Positions 42,301-64,000 of a stretch of 64,000 nt of DNA are shown here, piece by piece. Under the pieces are notes generated by a model. That model searched no databases, was not told the DNA's origin, and saw nothing but the letters and a program-made list of their open reading frames with translations. How positions within the stretch are numbered: the first letter of the stretch is position 1; the number at the start of each line of letters is the position of its first letter. A program made the translations under genes and the position numbers. The DNA comes from Macrostomum lignano (taxonomy: Eukaryota): positions 1 through 64,000 of the forward strand of contig NIVC01002675.1 of NCBI GenBank assembly GCA_002269645.1. Direction: 5' to 3'.

Positions 42301-43059
42301 TCAGAACACGCTCTGGCACTCGCAGATGTAGCGCTGCGGGTAGCTGCAATAATGATTGTCGATGCCTCCATCAGAATAGCTGGAGCACAGGTTGGCGCAG
42401 TCGGTCGATTCATCTGGCTGCCCGCTGCGCCAGGCATCGTGGGCGATGGCCAGATTGCAGGCTGTCCACCTCCAGGCGTCCTTCGAAGTGGCCGACTGGC
42501 CGCTGTTCCGCTTGCCGCCGAGGAAGTAGTCACTCTGGCTGTCCAGCCGCTCCTTCAGCTGTCTGAGGTACAGAGCCTCGTCCTGGTCGATGGCGTCAGC
42601 GAACTTGGCCAGTCGGCCCGGCTCCGAGCTGCAGGTCCGGTTGGCCTCGGCCCAGTTGAGTCTCATAGTTGCCACCAGCTTGTAGGAGGTGCCGTATCTG
42701 GCGTGCTGGTAGCCGGGCGGGCACAGGCGGCTCAGAGGCACGCCTGGCGGAGACCTGACGTACACAGTGACCTGGTTGGTGCAGTTCGGCACCGACTGCA
42801 CTCGGTGGCTGCACGCATCGAACAGGAACAGTTTGCACTGACAGGCGCCATCAGTCAGCAGCCTGAAGGCTTGGCAGCTGTTTGCATTGCCGCACTGGAT
42901 GGCGCAGCTCAGGGTGTCGCACAGGCCCTGCACTGTTCGGGTGAATTTCCAGCTCACGCAGTCAACTCCGGTTACTGGGTGGAACTTGAGCTTGTCCGCA
43001 GGACTGCAGGATTTTGCCGTCACCCACAGAAGCTTCAGAATGGCGGAAAACAACTTCAT
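42301..43059 (-). CDS. Secreted PAN/apple-like + C-type lectin domain protein, copy 1 (252 aa, intronless)
   Basis: Signal-like N-terminus; C-x3-C-x5-C-QAF apple-like cysteine pattern; CTLD motifs NWAEANRTC, YFLGG, WRW, GQPD and YICE. Confidence 0.85.
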   Translation of the reverse strand: MKLFSAILKLLWVTAKSCSPADKLKFHPVTGVDCVSWKFTRTVQGLCDTLSCAIQCGNANSCQAFRLLTDGACQCKLFLFDACSHRVQSVPNCTNQVTVYVRSPPGVPLSRLCPPGYQHARYGTSYKLVATMRLNWAEANRTCSSEPGRLAKFADAIDQDEALYLRQLKERLDSQSDYFLGGKRNSGQSATSKDAWRWTACNLAIAHDAWRSGQPDESTDCANLCSSYSDGGIDNHYCSYPQRYICECQSVF

Positions 43060-43413
43060 CTCGGCTTTGTCGCTGGGGAACTGCCTGAAAATTCTAGAAT
43101 AAATACTAGTGTGTGACAGCTTCTAGAAGATGCATTTTATTGAGGATCTATTGAGTAAGAAATGGAGCTCTGGTATGCTCAAGAATCGATTTGTTCCCCA
43201 ATAGCTATTGTCAGCCAGCTGCAAGACTGCTCAAGGGTATCGAGATACCAACTCAAGTCTGTCAGTAAGCCAGTCAGGCAAAATTGGCTTTGAACTTCTT
43301 GTCAATAGGGATTTTTATTGTGCCATGGCCTTTTGACCTCACGCTTGATGGGGTTTGAAGACTTTGGACTCATGAGCGAACTGCGTCACTGGCAGTTGAA
43401 TCAGCTGTAGATC

Positions 43414-43764
43414 TAGTGTAGCTCTAGTGTAGCTCTAGTGTAGCTCTAGTGTAGCTCTAGTGTAGCTCTAGTGTAGCTCTTGTGTAGCTCTTGTGTAGCT
43501 CTAGTGTAGCTCTAGTGTAGCTCTAGTGTAGCTCTAGTGTAGCTCTAGTGTAGCTCTAGTGTAGCTCTAGTGTAGCTCTAGTGTAGCTCTAGTGTAGCTC
43601 TAGTGTAGCTCTAGTGTAGCTCTTGTGTAGCTCTTGTGTAGCTCTAGTGTAGCTCTAGTGTAGCTCTAGTGTAGCTCTAGTGTAGCTCTAGTGTAGCTCT
43701 AGTGTAGCTCTAGTGTAGCTCTAGTGTAGCTCTAGTGTAGCTCTAGTGTAGCTCTAGTGTAGCT
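43414..43764. repeat. 11-bp satellite (gtgtagctcta)n
   Basis: Period 11; ctcttgtg variants. Confidence 0.97.
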
Positions 43765-43864
43765 GATGAAGAAGAACTCCATCTTCATCGACAAGGACAA
43801 GTGCGTACCGCACCGGGACCGCTACCCCACCACGCTCAAGCTGCAGGGCTACCAGAACAGTTGA
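43765..43864 (+). pseudogene. Orphan duplicate of the last 32 codons plus stop of tektin
   Basis: Identical to 40792-40891 but fused directly to satellite; lacks the exon 5 acceptor. Confidence 0.85.
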
Positions 43865-45273
43865 GCACTGCGGGACCCGGCCGCCTGATGACTTGGCCAT
43901 CTCCGACTGAACCAGCCTCATCTCTCTGTCTGTTTCTTCGGCCACGCACCCTCCGGGACCCTTCAGAATGCGTAAATTACTAAGTAAAGCAGCGCTCTTT
44001 GACTCAACCAAATTTTCACATTGAGACTGACTGTCGAGTACAAATTAATTAAATAATTTTCCTCGCTTTCTTTCTTTGTTTATCTTTGTTTATCTGCTTT
44101 AAGACTTTTTTTCAAATTATTTTAGCCGCTAGAACTATGAACCAAGACCAGTCCGTCCCGTACTCTGATGACATGCCGTAAGTTTAGAGCACCCTGCTCA
44201 TGAGCGGTGTTCGAAGTCCTGTACTGCTGCTGTGCGTTCAAAGTTTAAAAACAGTTTTTTGTTATAATGCTTTATTTTCCGGATTTGTGAATTTGTTGAT
44301 CCCCGTATAGATTTGGAAAATCCATTCTCAATATTCTACTCTAAGTAATATTTTGCTTTATCGTTTCTAAACTTATTTTTTCTGTTCGATAAATAAAAAT
44401 TTGAGGACTTTGCGGGTTTCTAAATTAGTTCTGTACTTAATAAATAACAAAATAAAAAAAATTGATATCACAGAGCTGCTCTGCATGAATGGTTGGCTAA
44501 AAATTTCTTTATAAATTTATTTTACTTAATGATTTTAAGAATTCTGTCCTTTTGATTGACTTACCGCTCGCTTACGCTGGCTGTCTGCTTGCCAGGTGGC
44601 TCTGTGTACTAACCGCGGCCATAGCAGCTTAACTTACTTTTAATGGTTTATTAGTATCAGTGCATGCCTAGTTATGCACATTGCTCACAACACAAGAACT
44701 TAATGGCTCTTCGACAGCTAGTTTTAACAGCTGAGCCGGGACCTCACCTGCAGACTGACTGACTGACTGACTGACTCACTCGCTCACTCACTCACTCACT
44801 CACTTACTCACTCACTCACTCACTCACTCACTTACTCACTCACTCACTCACTCACTCACTCACTCACTCACTCACTCACTCACTCACTCTCTCACTCACT
44901 CACTCAGTCACTCACTCACTCACTCACTCTCTCACTCACTCACTCAGTCACTCACTCACTCACTCACTCTCTCACTCACTCACTCACTCACTCACTCTCT
45001 CACTCACTCACTCACTCACTCACTCACTCACTCACTCACTCACTCACTCACTCACTCACTCACTCACTCACTCACTCACTCACTCACTCACTCACTCACT
45101 CACTCACTCACTCACTCACTCACTCTCTCACTCACTCACTCACTCACTCACTCACTCTCTCACTCACTCACTCACTCTCTCACTCACTCACTCACTCACT
45201 CACTCTCTCTCTCTCACTCATGAATAAACTTGCTATAGAAGTGAGTTATTCGTCTGCAGGCAGGAGAACAGCT

Positions 45274-46032
45274 TCAGAACACGCTCTGGCACTCGCAGAT
45301 GTAGCGCTGCGGGTAGCTGCAATAATGATTGTCGATGCCTCCATCAGAATAGCTGGAGCACAGGTTGGCGCAGTCGGTCGACTCATCTGGCTGCCCGCTG
45401 CGCCAGGCATCGTGGGCGATGGCCAGATTGCAGGCTGTCCACCTCCAGGCGTCCTTCGAAGTGGCCGACTGGCCGCTGTTCCGCTTGCCGCCGAGGAAGT
45501 AGTCACTCTGGCTGTCCAGCCGCTCCTTCAGCTGTCTGAGGTACAGAGCCTCGTCCTGGTCGATGGCGTCAGCGAACTTGGCCAGTCGGCCCGGCTCCGA
45601 GCTGCAGGTCCGGTTGGCCTCGGCCCAGTTGAGTCTCATAGTTGCCACCAGCTTGTAGGAGGTGCCGTATCTGGCGTGCTGGTAGCCGGGCGGGCACAGG
45701 CGGCTCAGAGGCACGCCTGGCGGAGACCTGACGTACACAGTGACCTGGTTGGTGCAGTTCGGCACCGACTGCACTCGGTGGCTGCACGCATCGAACAGGA
45801 ACAGTTTGCACTGACAGGCGCCATCAGTCAGCAGCCTGAAGGCTTGGCAGCTGTTTGCATTGCCGCACTGGATGGCGCAGCTCAGGGTGTCGCACAGGCC
45901 CTGCACTGTTCGGGTGAATTTCCAGCTCACGCAGTCAACTCCGGTTACTGGGTGGAACTTGAGCTTGTCCGCAGGACTGCAGGATTTTGCCGTCACCCAC
46001 AGAAGCTTCAGAATGGCGGAAAACAACTTCAT
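45274..46032 (-). CDS. Secreted PAN/apple-like + C-type lectin domain protein, copy 2
   Basis: Protein identical to copy 1; one synonymous difference seen (gattc vs gactc near 42408/45381). Confidence 0.85.
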   Translation of the reverse strand: MKLFSAILKLLWVTAKSCSPADKLKFHPVTGVDCVSWKFTRTVQGLCDTLSCAIQCGNANSCQAFRLLTDGACQCKLFLFDACSHRVQSVPNCTNQVTVYVRSPPGVPLSRLCPPGYQHARYGTSYKLVATMRLNWAEANRTCSSEPGRLAKFADAIDQDEALYLRQLKERLDSQSDYFLGGKRNSGQSATSKDAWRWTACNLAIAHDAWRSGQPDESTDCANLCSSYSDGGIDNHYCSYPQRYICECQSVF

Positions 46033-46386
46033 CTCGGCTTTGTCGCTGGGGAACTGCCTGAAAATTCTAGAATAAATACTAGTGTGTGACAGCTTCTAGA
46101 AGATGCATTTTATTGAGGATCTATTGAGTAAGAAATGGAGCTCTGGTATGCTCAAGAATCGATTTGTTCCCCAATAGCTATTGTCAGCCAGCTGCAAGAC
46201 TGCTCAAGGGTATCGAGATACCAACTCAAGTCTGTCAGTAAGCCAGTCAGGCAAAATTGGCTTTGAACTTCTTGTCAATAGGGATTTTTATTGTGCCATG
46301 GCCTTTTGACCTCACGCTTGATGGGGTTTGAAGACTTTGGACTCATGAGCGAACTGCGTCACTGGCAGTTGAATCAGCTGTAGATC

Positions 46387-46953
46387 TAGTGTAGCTCTAG
46401 TGTAGCTCTAGTGTAGCTCTAGTGTAGCTCTAGTGTAGCTCTAGTGTAGCTCTTGTGTAGCTCTTGTGTAGCTCTAGTGTAGCTCTAGTGTAGCTCTAGT
46501 GTAGCTCTAGTGTAGCTCTAGTGTAGCTCTAGTGTAGCTCTAGTGTAGCTCTAGTGTAGCTCTAGTGTAGCTCTAGTGTAGCTCTAGTGTAGCTCTTGTG
46601 TAGCTCTTGTGTAGCTCTAGTGTAGCTCTAGTGTAGCTCTAGTGTAGCTCTAGTGTAGCTCTAGTGTAGCTCTTGTGTAGCTCTTGTGTAGCTCTAGTGT
46701 AGCTCTAGTGTAGCTCTAGTGTAGCTCTAGTGTAGCTCTAGTGTAGCTCTAGTGTAGCTCTAGTGTAGCTCTAGTGTAGCTCTAGTGTAGCTCTAGTGTA
46801 GCTCTAGTGTAGCTCTAGTGTAGCTCTAGTGTAGCTCTAGTGTAGCTCTAGTGTAGCTCTAGTGTAGCTCTAGTGTAGCTCTAGTGTAGCTCTAGTGTAG
46901 CTCTAGTGTAGCTCTAGTGTAGCTCTAGTGTAGCTCTAGTGTAGCTCTAGTGT
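46387..46953. repeat. 11-bp satellite, longer second copy
   Basis: Same unit as 43414-43764. Confidence 0.97.
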
Positions 46954-47980
46954 AACCGTACCATCAAGCGTGGTCCAATTAATAAATTCATGGTCATAGA
47001 GCTATTATAAATCGACAAGTTGATTGCCTGTGTATTTCAAATAAAAATCGTGCCCTGTGCAGCTTCAAATTTATACATAAAGTAAATGTTTGACTCAATC
47101 AATAGTTTTTTTATACATTATCAGCAGGTAAAACGCGATAGACTAAGATTGGGGCAAAAAAACAAACCTGCGTCGTCCAATAACTCATCGATTTCTCTTT
47201 CACATCTGATTAAAGTTTATACAGCTGCTTGATTAAGGCACTGGATCTGCAGGTAGATTAGAGCTCCCTAAGATCCCAACTACTAACACACCAATTTTAA
47301 TGGTGTCGGTTTCAGCTGTCAGAGAGTTGCGTGGATTTAGGACTGTAAAATGCCAATGAAAACAAAGATCTGACCAGTGAGATGAAATTAGTCACAAAGG
47401 GGTGTCACGGATTGCTTTCCAGCTTGGGAAAAGGTTTAGACACAAGCATTTAAGATAATAAATGCATTAGTATTAAAAGCGTATTAACTACTCAAAAAAT
47501 GTACTCAGAAATCTACAGCTACGAGTACCTGGGTTAGTCAACTGAAAGTGCTACAATAAATAATGTTCAGTGCTAATCTACAGATTTCCATTTCGTGATG
47601 CAGTGCAAAATGTTGTCAAGCAATTTACAATCTGAGAACTATTAGTTTAGACCGAGAATAATTGAGTGTGGATCAACAATGTTTCAACCAATTAGAGAGC
47701 GGCTAGGGGTAGAGAATCAAGAATTGTTTTAGCCAATCAAAGACAACATCGGGCAGAAAAGAAACTAGTGAAAAACATGAATCCTCTCAGCCAATGGGAG
47801 AAAAGCAAGCGCATAGAAAAGCAAATCCTCTCAGCCAATGAGAGAGCAGCAAGCGCAAGAGCAGAGAATCATCTCAACTGGCCAATGAGCGACAATATTG
47901 GACTAAGTACCAGTGAGCGCAAAGTAAATTTGGCTGAGGAAATCTCGAACACAGAGGCCCCTGACGAGGGTAAATGAGCA

Positions 47981-59392
<11,412 letters not shown>

Positions 59393-59694
59393 CTGATGGT
59401 TGAAAAATAAGTTAAGAGGCGCTGAAAAATCTGTTCAGGTCAAGAAAGACGCAAAAAAGTCAAAATTATCATTTTACAGTTGAGCCGCTGCTGCTGCTGC
59501 TGTGGAAAGCTGAGATGAAGCAGCTGGTGCTGCCGAGCTTATTTGGCAATGTCGGAGTTCGGCTGTATGAATATCTCAGGTTTCTAACAGAATTCCTGAC
59601 TGACTTGAAAAAAGTAACCAGTTGGAGTAACGGGACACTAGGGTGACAAGGGTGGCAAGAGAGATTAGAGCGAGTAGTTCTACAAAACTGGCTG

Positions 59695-60445
59695 GAGTGA
59701 CTAGACAGAGACGAGTGACTAGATAGACAAGAGTGACTAGATAGACAAGAGTGACTAGATAGACAAGAGTGACTAGATAGACAAGAGTGACTAGATAGAC
59801 AAGAGTGACTAGATAGACAAGAGTGACTAGGATAGACAAGAGTGACTAGATAGACAAGAGTGACTAGATAGACAAGAGTGACTAGATAGACAAGAGTGAC
59901 TAGATAGACAAGAGTGACTGGATAGACAAGAGTGACTAGATCGACAAGAGTGACTAGATAGACAAGAGTGACTAGATAGACAAGAGTGACTAGATAGACA
60001 AGAGTGACTAGATAGACAAGAGTGACTAGATAGACAAGAGTGACTAGATAGACAAGAGTGACTAGATAGACAAGAGTGACTAGATAGACAAGAGTGACTA
60101 GATAGACAAGAGTGACTAGATAGACAAGAGTGACTAGATAGACAAGAGTGACTAGATAGACAAGAGTGACTAGATAGACAAGAGTGACTAGATAGACAAG
60201 AGTGACTAGATAGACAAGAGTGACTAGATAGACAAGAGTGACTAGATAGACAAGAGTGACTAGATAGACAAGAGTGACTAGATAGACAAGAGTGACTAGA
60301 TAGACAAGAGTGACTAGATAGACAAGAGTGACTAGATAGACAAGAGTGACTAGATAGGCAAGATAGACAGACAAGAGTGACTAGATAGACAAGAGTGACT
60401 AGATAGGCAAGATAGACAGACAAGAGTGACTAGATAGACAAGACT
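59695..60445. repeat. 18-bp satellite (agtgactagatagacaag)n
   Basis: Direct inspection. Confidence 0.97.
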
Positions 60446-61149
60446 GAGTAGATATCTGCACTCAGACCGGCATTCGAAGGATAAAATTCCCGTGAAAACT
60501 GTCTTTAAAAAGGCTTCACAGAGCAGAAAAGGAAGTCCCAGCGGAAGAAAACGACGCAGCCGAAGACTGGAAGCCGATTTTCTTCTGTTTTCAAGCCGTC
60601 CCCAGAGATGGCAGCATTTTGAAAATCTTCCTAGCATTGAAAGTTCGAGGGAAAAATTTCAAGAAAAGTAGGGGGGGGGGGCGGGTGTGATTGATGCCGA
60701 GCCGAGGGAAGCTGGGCGCGAGCAGCCGCGCTGGTGTGAAATTTCTGCCGGGGCTAAGAATCCGCTTTAGTAACTACGGGGGGGGTCCCGAAGCTCAGCT
60801 GGCGACACCAGACCGCCTGAAGAACTTCAAACTAGCTGGTTATTCCTGCGGTTTCCTTGGGGGTTTGGCAATGGGAGACAGAGAGCCAAGTCTAAGAGTT
60901 TACGCGTGGCTTTTGTTTTGTTAAGAATTTCGCGCTGGTCTGTCAGGGTAGGGGGGGGGGCTTGGAGTGACTGCAGGGATCAAAGATGTGAAAAATGTTG
61001 CATGACTAGGGATGGACTCTAAAGAGACTGAGTGACTGATTGGAGTAACTAGAGTGACTGAATAGAGTGAATAGAGGTAACTATAATGACTGAATCAAGT
61101 GACCTTAGAGTGACTGTTTAAATGATCAGAGTGACAATTTAGTGACTAG

Positions 61150-61930
61150 ACTAGAGTGACTGGAGCACTGTGACCAGAGTGACTAGAGTGACTAGAGTGA
61201 CTGGAGCACTGTGACCAGTGTGAATAGAGTGACTGGAGCACTGTGACCAGAGTGACTAGAGTGACTGGAGCACTGTGACCAGTGTGAATAGAGTGACTGG
61301 AGCACTGTGACCAGAGTGACTAGAGTGACTGGAGCACTGTGACCAGTGTGAATAGAGTGACTGGAGCACTGTGACCAGAGTGACTAGAGTGACTGGAGCA
61401 CTGTGACCAGAGTGACTAGAGTGACTGGAGCACTGTGACCAGAGTGACTAGAGTGACTGGAGCACTGTGACCAGTGTGAATAGAGTGACTGGAGCACTGT
61501 GACCAGAGTGACTAGAGTGACTGGAGCACTGTGACCAGAGTGACTAGAGTGACTGGAGCACTGTGACCAGAGTGACTAGAGTGACTGGAGCACTGTGACT
61601 AGAGTGACTAGAGTGACTAGAGCACTGTGACCAGTGTGAATAGAGTGACTGGAGCACTGTGACCAGAGTGACTAGAGTGACTAGAGCACTGTGACCAGTG
61701 TGACAAGAGTGACTGGAGCACTGTGACCAGAGTGACTAGAGTGACTGGAGCACTGTGACCAGTGTGAATAGAGTGACTGGAGCACTGTGACCAGAGTGAC
61801 AAGAGTGACTGGAGCACTGTGACCAGAGTGACAAGAGTGACTGGAGCACTGTGACCAGAGTGACTAGAGTGACTGGAGCACTGTGACCAGAGTGACTAGA
61901 GTGACTGTAGCACTGTGACCAGAGTGACCA
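61150..61930. repeat. Compound 32-bp satellite (23-bp agagtgactggagcactgtgacc + 9-bp agagtgact)
   Basis: Direct inspection; 9-bp subunit variants agtgtgaat and agagtgaca. Confidence 0.93.
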
Positions 61931-62468
61931 GAGAAACTGCTCCTGCTGCTTTATGTCTTGGTCAAAGCTCCCATAGCATTAAAAACCCAGGAGTTACAAG
62001 ACAAAATCTGAGAAGCCCCCGCAAGTTTCGACTCGAAAACTGCATTCCAAAACGGGCCTCCACGCGTGATCAGTAAGTACAAAATGAAGATCGGCAGCCC
62101 CCGCCCCAGACATGGCGCTGGAAAATGGGGAAATGGGAAGACCTGCTCCCTGCATAGAGAGAGTCCACTGGCCGCCTCCTGGACCGCCTCCCTGCGTCCT
62201 GGCACTTCAGCGAAGCGTGTTAATGCAAAGCTAAGCCCGGCTATAAGGAATTCCCGGGAGTCTGGGGGACGGGCACTTGCTCCCGGGCCGCCCCCGCCGC
62301 CGCTCTGTTTAGCTCTCCGACTGTCAACTCGGCCGCTTTCTTGGCTAGCGCTGCTATATTACTCGATCTATCAGTCACTTGCTCACCCGGATCGGCTCTC
62401 GCCATCTCTCTTCCTGCCCTGCCGCTGGGAGCTTAATATGAGCTGCGTGTACTCCAGCTGAGAGTGCT

Positions 62469-62906
<438 letters not shown>

Positions 62907-63354
62907 ATATCTATGCATTACCTAGCCATTCATTATCAGCCGCTGCCATCACAATGAATAAATACAGCGAACATTGACCAAGACATTTTCCTCGACAGGC
63001 AAATGGCGGAGTGGAGGAGGAAGGCGAATGAGATGATGGCGATAGCCAGGGAGTCTGGGAAGCGGGGCGAGACGGGCGCTGGGTTGAGACAGCCCGAGGG
63101 GATATGGAGGGAGGCCCGGAGAAATGGAGAGCAGAGGCTGAACACTGGAGCCGAGTAGTATTTCTTCTCCCAATATCTTCTGCTCTAATCTACCTGAAAT
63201 GTCGCCAGTCCTTGGAGGGCGCAGCCGCTGACTGCATCGGAGAGTCCGAAACGGGTTGAGTTGTGCCATCTCGGGGAGAGGAGGGGCCGCGGTTGAAAAG
63301 CTGCGCATGAGCGCCGCTTTGTAGTAAATTGTCACCTCAGACACCTCAGTGTCG

Positions 63355-63620
63355 CCTCCTCAGTGTCACTCGCTCAGTGTCACTCGCTCAGTGTCACTCG
63401 CTCAGTGTCACTCGCTCAGTGTCACTCGCTCAGTGTCACTCGCTCAGTGTCACTCGCTCAGTGTCACTCGCTCAGTGTCACTCGCTCAGTGTCACTCGCT
63501 CAGTGTCACTCGCTCAGTGTCACTCGCTCAGTGTCACTCGCTCAGTGTCACTCGCTCAGTGTCACTCGCTCAGTGTCACTCGCTCAGTGTCACTCGCTCA
63601 GCGTCACCTCCTCAGTGTTC
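63355..63620. repeat. 14-bp minisatellite (cagtgtcactcgct)n
   Basis: Direct inspection. Confidence 0.96.
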
Positions 63621-63925
63621 TACTACATACACGTAATCTCGACCTCTGTCAAAGTAAAAATGTAAGCACTCTATGTATTAAAAAGAGACTTGAATAATTA
63701 TATCTCTGAAATTTGCGTCTCCCCAATGAAGACAGCCGACTGTTTAGAATGCAAGTAAGTAAGAGGGGGGCTGCTCACCTTGCCTTCTCTAGATCCTCTC
63801 CACCCTTCCTGTCTCTCACTCTCGCACTCGCTATCCGCCCCTGCTCACAGTGGGATAATCCTTCCCGGAATTTCTGCGAGCTCTTCGGGATTAAACCTCC
63901 ACCAGGGATTCCGACTTTGCAGCGC

Positions 63926-63930
<5 letters not shown>

Positions 63931-63998
<68 letters not shown>
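63931..63998. repeat. (CT)n microsatellite
   Basis: Direct inspection. Confidence 0.97.

Positions 63999-64000
<2 letters not shown>

Noticed and set aside
42247-43116. 289-aa plus-strand ORF (and its copy at 45220-46089)
   Set aside because: Antisense shadow of the GC-rich lectin CDS with no motifs. The same applies to shadows of YDJC, RFK, tektin and the CUB exons.
63779-63930. Upstream CUB-gene exon (gtgagc donor at 63778, open phase-2 frame)
   Set aside because: The translation has no CUB features; the missing first half of CUB1 probably lies beyond the window.

Overview
This is eukaryotic (animal) genomic DNA, not prokaryotic. It has GC-rich exons, short GT-AG introns, AT-rich spacers and many simple-sequence arrays. 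The style suggests an invertebrate, possibly the flatworm Macrostomum; that is inference from style only. I spliced the gene models by hand and checked the reading phase at every junction. In order, the genes are: a single-pass membrane microprotein; a 5-exon PMP22/claudin-family gene; YDJC; a head-to-head inverted pair of ependymin-related genes; an intronless, divergent Sm-E; a riboflavin kinase with bacterial RibF-like motif spacing; tektin-4; two copies of a PAN/apple-like + C-type lectin gene inside a 2,973-bp tandem duplication; and the 3' nine exons of a 5xCUB-LDLa-TM (LEV-10/SOL-1/NETO-like) gene whose 5' end lies beyond the window. Mobile DNA includes three CORE-like tRNA SINEs, a hAT MITE with a TSD, a 3-kb CCCAG/TA TIR element and two Helentron/HINE-like elements carrying homologous 23-bp satellites. 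There is no CRISPR array, rRNA or intact tRNA gene. All family assignments come from recalled motifs; no database search was run.
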